Shown one piece after another: positions 50,381 to 62,702 of a stretch of 64,000 bases of DNA; position 1 is the first letter of the stretch; the number at the start of each line of letters is the position of its first letter. Source of the DNA: Raillietiella orientalis. Taxonomy: Eukaryota. Made by a program: the position numbers and the translations under genes. The DNA lies in assembly GCA_036172245.1 (NCBI GenBank), contig JAYWIR010000001.1:186001-250000 (forward strand). Direction: 5' to 3'. Below the pieces are notes generated by a model. The model saw nothing but the letters and a program-made list of their open reading frames with translations, was not told where the DNA came from and ran no database searches.

Positions 50381-51134
50381 TATCCTCGTGGTCGACGCAT
50401 GCTGCTGCCTCCTCGGAAGTACCGCCGGCCCCGAAGGCAAAGAGACAACCCAGCCTCCGTTCCCGAGGAGAAGGGAAAATCCGAAGAAAATCTCTTCGCC
50501 GCGTGCTCCCTGCCTGTGACCGGGTTTTTTCCCTCCCGCCACCGCTGCTTGCAGGGAGGTGGTGGCGGTGAAGTGGCCAACAGAGAACGGAGTCCACCTT
50601 CGCGCGCGCCTTCCGGTGGCGCTGAGGAATACTCCTTCCTCTCTGCCTTGCCGGATATCAGGGAGCTAAACCAGCTCCGGAGGTCTCGCACGGAGAATGG
50701 GACAAGGTTCGAAGATCTTTCCCGGGCAAGGGAACCCCTGAGACGAGGACTGGAGACTCATAGGTCACCCGCGTTCTTCACAGACACCTGGGGCAGGTGC
50801 TCTTCCGCTGCCCAATAGGTAATTCAGAGGGAGGAAGGAGGAAGTATTTTCTTCCCTCACATCTGCAAGACGAAGGTGAGGAACCATTCCGAAAGAGGAG
50901 GAGGAGGAAGAGAAAAGAATAAAAAAGAAGGGAGGAGGAGGACCGATCGACGAAACGTTCTGGAGATACCACGAGAGACTCTTCGGAGTCGGTCGCAGCG
51001 GCGCAACCCTCGGCTGGACCCTTCCCTCAGCCGACATTGCCTTCCGCAGATGCAGGAAGACAGCTGCCCTTGAACCGGAGCTCAGATGAGCACCGGATAG
51101 GAAGAAAGAAGGGAAGATGACCTCGGTTCTCCTT

Positions 51135-51870
51135 TTGGTTTTCGCGACCAGTCCCCTCACAGCTGGTGTCTGGTTCGCTGAGTACTCAAGAACCTTTCGC
51201 CTGGAGGCTCGTGAAGCTCTTTGACCCTGCCCACGCCACCTGAGAGAGCGTGCTATATCTTCAAGATATAGCACGCTCTCTCCTATATCTTGAAGATCCT
51301 TCAAGATATAGGAGGTAACCCCGTAGGGACCCCCTAATGGATCCAGGAAGGACTCCAGAGGGAGGAGTCCGTTCCTCTTACTCTGGGTAGGGAAACCCGA
51401 AGGGAACCTCTTCCCTATTCTTTCCAAAGTGACCCCCTGGAAAGGATCCGCTCCTGGAATTCTCCGGAGGGAACCTGCGAGAGAACCGCTCCTGGTTTGT
51501 TCCTCTGAAGAAAACCCCGAAGGGGCGCTTCCCGGTTTCTCGAGTGTTCCTCGAAATGAGCAACGCACTTCCTGCTCTCCGGAGATACGACCCCCGAGGG
51601 GGCAACAATGAGCTCCAGGGCAACTCGTCGGCACCATTTTCACAGCCAGAGCAAAACCCGGAAGGACTCCTGGATTCTCGGAAGGACCCCGGAGTCGACT
51701 TTTAATCCCGGCCGGTGAGCGGAAGCGTCCGGCGCCAACGGAAGCCAACCAGCGTCATCTTCCGGGAGGGGGAGGACACGAAACCCATGATGCACCCCCC
51801 ATTTCTCGGGGGGTCGATTCTTCCCCGGGCGAGATTCGAACCCATGACGTGCGGTGACGCCACGGGAAGC
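51135..51870 (-). mobile_element. SINE-like copy carrying a palindromic insertion
   Basis: GAGATTCGAACCC at 51831-51843; CCAGCGTCATCTTC body motif. Confidence 0.75.
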
Positions 51871-52674
51871 GCCTCCTCGCGGCGAGCGTTTCTTCGGCGG
51901 GGCAGGTCCGCTCCGTGGTCGCCTCCCGCCTTCTTCCTCCCCGTCCAGGGTGCCTATCGCCCCACCAAGTTCCCCGAGTGCTTTGCGCATAAAGTCAGAC
52001 CCCCGGAAGGCTTCCCGCAGGGTCCGAAGGTTCAGGAGCGCGGTCAAGCTGAGCGGAGGAGGCGCTGTCTCCGCGCGAGATGACGTCGTGGGCGGTCGCT
52101 CGGTTTGCAGCGGGAGCCACTCGTTTCGGTGGGCGCTGTGGGACTACTCTCTCTCTTCCTGGAACATAGCTGTCACGGCATCCACAAGGCAACGTCTCTG
52201 AACCGCCGAGGGGACTCGCGTCGGGGCATCTCAGGCTGTTCGATTTCCAGGTGACCCTCTCTGTGACCTCCTGGGTGATGCACCCGCAGACGACCCAGTC
52301 GGCAACACCTGACTTCCTACGTCGCTGCTACGAGTAGAGACCCTTTGGCGGTCTTTCCCCGAGCCTCCGGGATGTTCTCTGATGCCGCGCGAAAGGTTAC
52401 ACCCATAGGACCCCTCCGCTTTCGAAGGAGGTTCCTCAAAGAGGATACTTCGGTCCGCTTCCACTCGGCTTTCCTCCTTTCCGTTCTCGGAAGGTCTGCC
52501 CGGGCGCTTACATCTTCGGACGAGAGCGAATCCGGTTTCCTTGACGACGGGATGCTGCCACTGTCGCCTTTCAGCCAACGAGATATCCCACAGCCCAGCC
52601 AAAGCGAACGCCACTCGTTCCTCTTCCCGTTCCCAGCAGCCTTTGCAAGCACCCCGCGAATCCGTGCATTCCAG

Positions 52675-55600
52675 GTCCTCCGCACTTGGTCCCGGGAGCC
52701 AAAGAGCAGCACTCGTTCAGGCACAACGAGACGATCCGACTCTTGTGTCCCGTCGACGGCAACCCGAAGCCGATCGTCAGCTGGTACCAAGTAAGCAGAA
52801 CAGAGCCTTTGTTTTTCCACCGCTCCGCTTCGCGCCGGCCGCAGCCGCGTTCCTCCGTGGGGACTGGGCGCCGCACCACAGAGGTGACCGAACTCGCGGG
52901 TGTGGCGGCGATGAGCCTCGCATGCGCACTCATCTCGAGCTCTCCGGAACCTCTTATCTGGCGGAAAAAACGCTCTCGTCGAGGACCACCTCATCCGAAC
53001 ACGTCCGCTGCTCGCATCCCGTCCCGTCATCCTTTTCCCCTGGTGAGACGTAGTTGGCATCCGGAGCTGTTCTTTCGACTGGCTTCTGCGCGATTGCGGT
53101 CCGAAATGACGGATCGTCACGAAAAAAAAATACACGCCTTTCTCATGTACATGAATGTGAATATTCGTACATAGATCAATATTCACATGTTTTTCTACAT
53201 CTACTAACATAATTAATAATACGTATTAAACATACCGTGGAGATTATAAAAAATCAACCAATACGTATGTATGCATAAAATATATGGCCATATTTATATG
53301 TGTGATAAATATGTGAAATGAATTCATAAATATCGAATTTTAAAAAATAAAAAAACAAAGATGAGAATTAAAAATTCTCATCGTGGGAAAAAATTCAAAA
53401 AACAACAAATTAAGGGAGCACAAGAAAAGAAATTTGGCACTTCCTGTCGTTTCCGGCACAGAACGAACGGAACTTCCTCAACAATGGAGGAGTTCCATTT
53501 TTCGAGATTTTGATTTTGCAACAAACACATCTCTTTGCAATTCCTATTTATATATTCATTCCATGTATATCATAAAGAGAATAATATACATATATTTATT
53601 ACAGATATTAATATAATCAATAGTTTGTTTCTTATATATACTTATATACATGTATTAATGTATAGATAGATATATTATAAAGACCGTTAAACATAGATAC
53701 ATATGTTTCTTATATATATATTAATATGGATATGAAATACATAAATCAACATATGGATTAATATATAGGTTCATATGCAAATTTATTTCCACATAATATT
53801 TTTATTATAATGAATGGTTATATATGTATGTATGTGCATGTATTTATATATGCAATAAATATATATTATATAGATATGCAAATATCGAATTTTGAAAAAT
53901 GAAAAGCAAAGATGAGAATTAAAAATGGTGGGAAATTTTAAAAAACAAACAAACAAATTAAGGGTGCGCAAAAAAATGAATTTGGCACTTCTTCTTCCTG
54001 TCGTTTCCAGCCCGGAACGAACTTCCTCAACAATGGAAAAGTTTCATCTTTCGGGATTTCGATCGCTCGATGAATGGACCCGCTCATAATTTTACATTTG
54101 CATATTCACTTCATGTATCTTCGTTTACATTTGCATATTAAAAATAATTATAAACATATGTGTTTATTTTTTATAATCTTCAATATATGGAGTTAATACG
54201 TATTATTAATTTTACTGATAAATATGCAGGTTTGGATTTGTGCATCGGTCTCTGTGCGAATTTATATACCAATAAACATAAAAGGCAAGTATACATTTAT
54301 TTTTTATAAGCTTTATAATATACTTCAATCTACATATAAATTCATAAACATGTGTTTTGATTTTCAAGACGTTTCGGGATTTTGATGGTCACCTCCTTCG
54401 AACGTTGCCATGGTCATCGTCCACGCTTGCCTGTGTTTAGTTAAAACGTAGAGCTTACAGACCGGTACGAGGAATTCGTAAGAAGAATTCAAGAATTCAC
54501 AATATCAAGAGGAACCCCTTGAGCAGAGAAAAGAATACCGGAACTGTGTCGAAAGGGTGAAGGAGACGCTGGAGCAAGTCGGCGCATCAGATGAAGAACG
54601 GGATGCCTACTTCCACAAGGCGCCGGCGTGGTCCTTTGCAGGGATCTCTTTCGGACGCCCTGTCGCAGCCATCCGAATGCCATCGGTGGAGTCGAGTCGA
54701 GCCCCCCTCAGCTACCACTCCATTTCCGGGAATGGGAAACGCCCGGGATGCGCCCCCGAATTGCGAATTCCTGCTGTCGGGTGGGCGGTGCAGAATCAAA
54801 AAAAAAAACGTCGTGGGCGCCGGAAAAGAGCGTGTCGAGCGCTCCAGGTCAGTCGGTCCCGAACACCGGCCCAGCACCCCACACCGCCGTCGCGAAGTCT
54901 TCCTGCGCGGCTCCCTGGCTATTGGAGGACATGGTCGCCTTCACCCTCGACTTCCGGAGTTGCTGGCTCCCTTCGGCCGCGGATGGTCTTCGCCGACCCC
55001 TCCCGAACTTGGTGGCGCTTTGGGTTCCTCCGGATCACACATGGGACACCAGCTGCTTCATCACCAGCGGATCCTTTCCGGGTCCCCTTCGGAGACAACC
55101 AGGGCGAGGGTTCCCTTCAGAACTCCCTACCAAGCGTAAGAGAGGAACCGACTCCTTCCTCCGGAAGTCTTCCTGGATGAATAGGGCGGTCCCCATGGGG
55201 TCATCCCCTAACTTGAAGAGTTCACACACACCCCGGATGGCGCGGACAGCGTTGAAGAGCTCCGTGAGCCCCTGGGCGAACGGTTCTTCTTCAGTACTTG
55301 GCGATGCCTCATAAAAGGAAAGACTTTCGTCCCTTTTGGTCGCGTCCCAGCAACGCTGTTCTTCCTTCGCGCCCGTCCTGAAGTTTCGTCCAGAAGTCGA
55401 ACGCGCAAGCCATCACGAAGTGTTTTTCCTCGACGGCAACGAGACGGCCGCGGCGCCGCTTGGCTTACCACTATTCAAGGAAAGTGTGCAGTAGATAGTT
55501 CTGCTGCGCGTCGGTGCATGGCATGAGGCAATGCTGCTGTAAAAAGGGGAAAAAAAGGAAGATTTCAGTCCTGGAACTGCGAAGCGGGGTCCTCGAAGAA

Positions 55601-56378
55601 GAACATGAAGTAGCATGAAGAGGAGCTGAGGGGCGGGTGGGAAGCAGCCCGAGGGTTCCAGAAACCACGGCTCAAGAACAGAAGATGAACGAAAATGCTG
55701 CAAAGACAGATTGATTCCTCCGTCCCTCTGGATCGTTTCCTTGTCGAAGCTGGAGTTCCGCTGCCACTTGAACGTCCAAGAAATCTTCTCAGTGAGCCCA
55801 GAATCTCTTCGGGAAACTTGCCGAGACCGATTTTTCAAAGGACGAAATTCGCACGAGGACACACAGCGAGCGAAGGAGGTGCACCGTCTCCATCCGTGCA
55901 TCATCCACGGTGTATCCGCGACCGAGTGGGTTGGCGGGAGCCGAGGTCACTGACGATGTGCACGGCCCAGGCGCTCTGGAAGCGATGAAGCTCTTCCTCG
56001 TCGAGTTGGTTGGCCAAAAAAAAAAGCCGGGATGCGCGGGCAACTCATTGCAGCGTGACCGGAGGGTGGGGTGCAACGGGGGGCGCGTGCGATGCCGTCC
56101 GCGCAGCTCGTGCAGTTCTCCCGTGTTACGACGAGGAGGAACGCCTGCATGCTTGGGCAGGGGCACGGGCTGGGTGGGCAGGGTGGAGGCGAACCTTCGT
56201 CACGCTCTGCTGCATTTCCAGAACGACGCCTTGATCGACGAGTTGCATCCGAGGTACCGGGTCACGGGCCGCGGGCTACGGATCGAACACTCCCTTGCCG
56301 AAAACCATGCCTACTTCACCTGCAAGGCGACGAATGGTTTCGGCTCCTACGAAGTGACCATGAAAGTGTCCGCCTCGG
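52675..56378 (+). CDS. FGFRL1: FGFRL1-like paralog B, Ig1 exons 52675-52790 and 56222-56378 (partial)
   Basis: ttccag|GTCCT...TGGTACCAA|gtaagc is 116 nt, the same length and phases as paralog A exon 11705-11820, and encodes GPPHLVPG...LLCPVDGNPKPIVSWYQ. ttccag|AACGAC...TCGG|gtaagt encodes NDALIDELHPRYRVTGRGLRI...FTCKATNGFGSYEV. No further exons were recognised before 64000. Confidence 0.82.
53100..54385. repeat. AT-rich block family member with two tandem internal modules, in the paralog B intron
   Basis: Modules at ~53330-53515 and ~53880-54062; right end TTTCGGGATTTTG at 54372. Confidence 0.7.
54900..55310 (+). mobile_element. SINE-like copy, mainly the 3' half, in the paralog B intron
   Basis: CCCTAACTTGAAGAGTT..CACCCCGGATGGCGCGG..GAAGAGCTCCGTGAGCCC..CAGTACTTGGCG. 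Confidence 0.65.
55565..56070 (+). repeat. ~507 bp dispersed duplication, copy 2 (intron of paralog B)
   Basis: Near-identical to 34870-35377. Confidence 0.95.
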
Positions 56379-56784
56379 GTAAGTCCCGGAGATTGCTCAG
56401 TTTGGGAGAGAGAATGGTCGAGGAGCGACGCACGACCCTTACGCGCTGCCCTCTTGCAGGCGTCACCGGGTTCTCTCTGGCGGCAAAAAAATCTCTTTCC
56501 GCCTGCCCTTCTGTTCCCGCAGGGCATCATTGTCCGTGGAACCGGCAGCGATTCTCCGGGATCGCCAGCCGATTCCAGGCTGGATGATGCCGTCTCGGCT
56601 GACCAGGGTCACCCTTGTGCCGTTACGAACCGTCTGCATCGCGCCGCTTCTTGATGCCCTCTCCCGTTTTTACCGTGACTCTCCTGTAAGTGGGAGTGCA
56701 GGGAGTCGGTCGACCGGGAGGAAGGTCGCACGAATGGCAGACGGACGGCCCTTTGCTTTCTCTTTCTCTGCTTTCGCTCTCCCT

Positions 56785-57360
56785 TTTTGCACTTTTGGTT
56801 CGCCAAGTACCTCCAGGGCCGTTCGCTTGGGGGCTCACGAAGCCCTTTGACGCTGTTTACGCCACCCAGGGGTGCGTGTGACTCTTCAGGTTGTAGGGGG
56901 TAACCTCAGAGGGACCTTCAATGAACCCAGGAAGGAGTCCGCTCCTATTGCTCTTGGTAGAGAACCACTTCCTTATTCTCTCCGGATAAACTTCCCAGAA
57001 GGAGTCACTCCCCCTTTTTTTCCTGGAGGAAACCGGGAAAGGATCCACTCCTTGATCCTCCTCCTCTGAAGAGAACCCTGAAGGGATGCTTCCTAACATC
57101 CCTGAATGGCGCTTGCTCCCCGAAGGGAGCAGCGCACTTCTCGACACTCTGGAGAGACGACCCCCCGAGGGAGGATATCAATCAACCAGCTCCATTTTAC
57201 CAACCGGAGGGGAACCCCTAAGGACTCCTTGATTCTCGAAAGGATCCCAGAGAGTCCCCTTCCAATCTTGGCTGGTCAACGGAGGTGTCTGGCGCCAACG
57301 GAAGCTGACCGGGGTCATCTTCCGGGGGCGACACGAAACCCACGATGCACTCCCCATTTC
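56785..57360 (-). mobile_element. SINE-like copy lacking the head
   Basis: Reverse complement of body motifs (CAGCTCCATTTT, GTCATCTTCCGGG, CGAAACCCACGATGCAC). Confidence 0.7.
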
Positions 57361-57944
57361 TCCTGACGACCTGACGATCCTGACTTTGACCTGATCCTGA
57401 CACGCTCCTCGAGACGTTTCCGATTCTCGGCGCCCTTGCGCTCCCTTTTGTCTGCTTTGAAGTAGGTTCCTTGCGAAGAGGGTCGAGGAAAGGGGTTCCG
57501 CTTCCCGTTCGCACGCCTCGGGACCTCCGACGGAAATGCTGGAGGCGCGAGCGATCCGCGCCGGGAAGCAGAACTTGTCCGGCGCCTGCATCAGGTCGGA
57601 GAGTCCGTCCATCAGTTCACTTCCGGCGGCACGGCCCCTTGCCAACGAGCGCACACTTTCCATCTGGCTTGCAACCACTCTTTGTGGATTGAGGAACGCA
57701 GCAAGAGCATCGACACGGATGGCATCTTCAACGAAAATGATGGCTGGTCGCAAGACTGAGGCTGGAAACCTCCTTCCCAGCCGAAAGCTGAGGGAGGGCA
57801 ACCAGCAGCCGAAGACACGTTGCGCACTCAGACGGAAACTCTGGACACGACTGCCTCGGATCGGGGTGGCGTTTCATAAGAGCCTGGAGAGGCGTCCCGT
57901 GGGAGACGCAGTAGAATCCAGGTTCCCCTCGTTCGAGTTCCAGG

Positions 57945-58305
57945 TTCCTGTTGACCGGCTCGCGAGATTGGAAGTCGACTATCCGGGATCCTTCCAGGGA
58001 TCAAGGAGCCAGTTCCCTTCTGGTTCCTACCCCTCCGGTTGCAAAAACGGAGCCGTCTGGTACCATGGAGCTGGTTGATATCCTTCTCGGAGTGTCGTCT
58101 CTCCAGAGTGTTAAGAGCGCTCCCTTCGGGGAACGCCCTTCAGAGAGAACGGGAAGCGTCCCTTCGGGGTTCTCTTCAGAGGAGTAAACAAGGGATGACG
58201 GCTCCCTTGCGGGTTCCCTTCAGAGAAGACATTCCAGGAGCGGTTCCCTTGCGGTTTCTCTCCGAAGAAGAAACAAGGAGTGGTGCCCTGTGGGGGGTCC
58301 CTCTG
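57945..58305 (+). mobile_element. SINE-like middle fragment
   Basis: GATTGGAAGTCGACTATCCGGGATCCTTCC; AAAACGGAGCCG; GGTTCCCTTGCGG sub-repeats. Confidence 0.65.
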
Positions 58306-58656
58306 GAAGCAATCAGGGCGAGAGTGACGCGAAACTTAGGTAGGAAGGACCTTCGAAAGTTCTGAGATCTCGCTTTGGTTCTACATCCACTAACTAGAAA
58401 ACCACTATCCAGAAACTTCTCCCCGTGGGAGTAGCTGTTTTGATCAAGAGAGGTGATTTTAAGTGCTTCTCTACGAGTGCTCAACAAGCGCAGCAAGAAC
58501 TCCCCCAAAAAACTTAAAGGAAATGACAACCATCCCCGTGGGTGGGTGGGTGGGAGGGAAAAGACCAATTGCCTTGCTATCAAGTACCCCTTTAACTATT
58601 CATTCCTTAATCATGGATAGACATCATATACTATAGTATCAGGTGAGTCACATAAA

Positions 58657-59241
58657 CCCTTTGAGTGCTATGGACGCATAGATGCGTTCGGCGAAAATTA
58701 TCACTGTGGACTCACATATACGTTTGGCAAATGTTTTTATCTTATACACGCGACATGAGTCTATCAATGTTTGGTTTGCGTTCTTACGATCACCTTAGCA
58801 ACGAAAGTAAACAAAATTCTAGTTATATCGGCTAGCGATTCTCGGTTTTTCAGTCGCCTCTCTGAAGAACCGAGAATAGCATGACATTGTCGTGTATGAT
58901 TTATTATATTGTAGCACACCCAAATGAATTATTGATTCTATTGGAATTATGATTATAATTTTAAATACTTACAATACAAGTTACAATAAATTTTTAAATA
59001 ATTATTTAAAATTATAATTGTAAAATAATAACTGTCTGGGAAAACTGAAAATATTTCATCTATTGTGGTGCAAATAAACAATTCCAATGGCAGCTTCGTA
59101 AAGTCAGCACTTTGTAAAAAGTCAATCGGTGGCACCGCTGATGGCGCACGCGGAACGCGAAAGGGCAGTGCGTCCACAGAGGTCGCCACTGCGACTTGCG
59201 TGCCGTCAACGCAGAATCTGACGAGCTCCGCACCCAAAGGG
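58657..59241. mobile_element. piggyBac-type non-autonomous element (585 bp)
   Basis: TIRs CCCTTTGAGTGC and GCACCCAAAGGG; right flank TTAA, left flank TAAA (one change from the TTAA target duplication). Confidence 0.6.
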
Positions 59242-59886
59242 TTAACAATAGCCTAATTTCGCATTTCTTCAAACATGGCGGCGAAGTGGGGGGGAGGGGC
59301 CTTTGAGACGAGAGATTATTAGTTGGGCTGTCCCCGAGTGGTACAACGGTGTGATGTGAAGGGATGACTTTGGGGAACTCGGTCGTTTCCTCATTTCGCA
59401 ACTTGATCGAGGAAACAGGAAGGAACGGTTCGGTCCATCCTGCAGGAGGCTGGCATCTCGCACTGCATACGCGAGCAAGCCCCCCAGCGGGCAGGTGGGA
59501 GGCAAGTCCGAAAGTCGGACGAGAGAGTAGGGGAAACCCGCGTCGCGAATTCGTTCTGTGAGCGCCTGCGAGGCCCCGGTGGGGGGGCGCTTTGCTCGGG
59601 CCGCCGCTGAGAGGAGGAAGTTTCGTTCTTCCTGGGGTCGTCCTCCCGCTGAGGATCCCGGGATGAGGAGGAAGAGGGGGACGGGTGGGGGTGGGGGGGA
59701 GTGACGCCACACGGGGCGGCTGCTGGTGCGGGAAGTCCGCTCCGTCGGTCAGGTGGAAGAGCATGGGGTCAGTCGTCCGGGGGGCCTCGGCCGAGGGCAT
59801 CTTGCTGCACACCGGCGGGAGCTGAGTTCTTCCGCAGTGCCGTTGCTCTTCGGGACGAAGGGGGTCTGCTGGGAAACCCTGGACGC

Positions 59887-61255
59887 CGAGATCCCGAAAG
59901 ATCACAGGAAACACGAACACAGGTGTGCTTATGCTGCATGCATTCATATCACAAACTTATTCGAATATGCGCCGTTATTATCAACAGGCACATTAATCAA
60001 GATTTGGTCACAAGCATTTCATGAATATGATTAATAAGTTGTTGATTACATTAAAGATTATAAAAGATACAAATATACATGCTTATTATATATATTCATA
60101 TAAGGATTAATATATGTATTAATGTATATTCCAAAGATTATAATAAATAAACGTATACGCTCATTCTACACAAATATACAGATTTATTTGAATATGCACA
60201 GTTATTCGTATTTATGAATGCAATATTATTAACAGTAATATTCTTGGAACAGATATGTCTATTAAGATTCGGTAACTCATTTTATTGATAAAGTTAGTAA
60301 GTTGTTGATCATATTGTTGATATATATATATATATATATATTAAAGATTATGAGAAATGCATATATATAGAAGAGATAAATATCGAATTTAAAATAAAAA
60401 ATGATAAATTTTTCAAAAGTAAAAAATAATTCTGATGAAGATGGTAGAAAAAAATGAAAATCTGCTTAAAACCAATTATATTATAATCTTCATGATGTAT
60501 ACTAATTCATATAATAATCTGTATTAATCTTCATAGATAATAAGCATATTTGTTTGTTAATTATAATCTGTGTAATATCTGTTAATGCATATACTAATCT
60601 TTATATAAATTTGTATATAATAAATATACATCAACAATATAAGCAATAGCTTATTAATTATATTAATGAAATATATGTCACTAGATCCTCATTAATCTAT
60701 CTGCTCAAATAATACTACTGTTAAAATATTCATTTTCTATAATTTTGAATATATATATATCAACAATATAATGAACAACTTATTTATTATTTTAATAAAA
60801 TCTATATGTCACTGAATCTTAATAAGCATGTCTGTTCCAATTGTATTATTCGATAATATATATGTTAATAATTATGGATAACTATATTTGTCAAAATAAA
60901 TTTGTATATTAATCTGTTTAGAATTAGCATATATGTTTAATCAGTATATCTTTGAAATGTACTTTAATCCATACATTGATCTGTAGATAAATATATATAC
61001 TTATTTTTTTATAATCTTTAATATACATATATCAGCAACATAATGAACAACTTATTTATTGTATTGATGGTGTCCTAATAAATGCTAATAAATAAACATT
61101 ACCATTAATAATAAATATGCTGACAAAGATCATACCTATACATGTTAAAATAAATTTGTACATTAACCTATATATAAATCTATATGTTATTACATGTAAT
61201 AGGCATATCTACAATCGTCATGATATATATTCGTGTACTAATCTGAACATGAATG
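59887..61255. repeat. AT-rich block family member
   Basis: Left end GAGATCCCGAAAGATCAC; partial module AAATATCGAATTT at ~60378; (TA)n tract at ~60320. Confidence 0.65.
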
Positions 61256-62702
61256 TTCACGCGGGCTGAGTCCGGAAACAAGGTCAGAGGTTGTGGCTAA
61301 CAGATTCACACTTGAATCCGGGCAGAGATCCTTGAAGGACTCTCAGCGAGATTCTCGATCACCTTTCCAGTTCCGCAACACCTCGGGAGTTTGACCTTCC
61401 ACCCTCGGACCCGAACAGCAGTCGCAGAAAGACCCTGCCCTCGAGTCAGCGTCCCTGCAACGTGATGAACCTTCTGTTCCGGGAAGAGTGCGAGCTTGCT
61501 GGTGATGCTCCTGTCACTCGTGAAGGCCGGAACCCACCCTCTTATCCCTCCTATCTTCACCAATAGAAGCCCTTGCTCTTAGCAGACACACACGTGGTAA
61601 ACACGACCCGCTTCCCATCTTGCAGCATCCCGTCTTCGCGTGGGCTGGGGGAAGCTTCGCCGTATCTCAGCCTGGGGTTAGGCAGAGATGGTAGGTTCCT
61701 TCTGCAAACCGGTTCAGCAGAGCAGGGAAGCAAAGCATCACCTCCCCGAAGCCAAGGCGCGGTCGAAAGATCTCTGCGCGTCACTCCGCCGACGTCCGCA
61801 AACCTGGATGGGTGGTCGGACTTCTCGCTGGGGCCCCCTCCGCGCTCGTTTAAGGAATTCCGTGCTCCAGCGACGGACGAACCGAATCTTCCCGTAGTTG
61901 GTAGCAACACGGACAGACACGCTCGAGGCCGCGCGAGGATGGCCAGATGCGGATTCCTCAACCACACTCCCACAGCTGCTCTTCTTCTTGAGACCTGCGT
62001 CACGGAAATTCCTCTCAAATAAGAGAAACTTTCGACTCCACACCTCCGCAAGGGTTGCGGAATTCTCAGGCAGAGGTTCCTCCGGCCTCCCCCCCCTTCA
62101 CACACACACGCAATCCCTGCTGCATTCAAATCCATGCTTCTCTCCATTCCCTACTTCTTTTCTTTTTTTGTTTCACATGTCCTCTAAGTCCAAGTAATTG
62201 CTGAGATTCTGGAAGATTCGACTCGGATGTGATTGCTTGTCGACTGGATGCCACTTCCACCGACAGGCATCGTGCTTGCAAGGAAAGGAGGTTCTTCCCC
62301 AATGCGAACGGAAACCAGCAAGGCGCGAAGAACAGCATCTCGCGGGCAGCACGGGAGAGTCAGTCACCTCTCGGAATCTCACCTGCTGCCGCGAGTGAAG
62401 CATCAGCTCTTCGGGAGAGCTTCCGCCACGCTTCTGAGAACGTCCTTTCCCTGAAAAGACGGAGGTCATCAGACAGGCGGACACGGCCGGACAGGCGAAA
62501 GTGAGAACTTCGTGTGTGTCTGCTGGTGTTTCCGTCTCTCGAAATCAGTGACAAGGATTGGTAGGCACCACCAGCGTCCTCCACGGAGTACAAAGAAAGG
62601 TGCCGAAGGGGTCACTAGGGGGTGTGCCCACCAAACTGACTAACCGGACTAAGGGAGCTCTTCGATCATGGTAGTACCACGTGCAACGGACCGGTGCCGT
62701 GC

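Noticed and set aside
61306..61700. Possible PLE GIY-YIG remnant (KLPRCCGTGKV...RISARIQ, minus strand)
   Set aside because: The core YIG motif is absent; similarity is too weak to call.
103..62593. Most long ORFs in the six-frame track (Arg/Pro/Gly/Ser-rich, up to 475 aa)
   Set aside because: Expected by chance in GC-rich DNA; they overlap on both strands and carry no recognisable domains.
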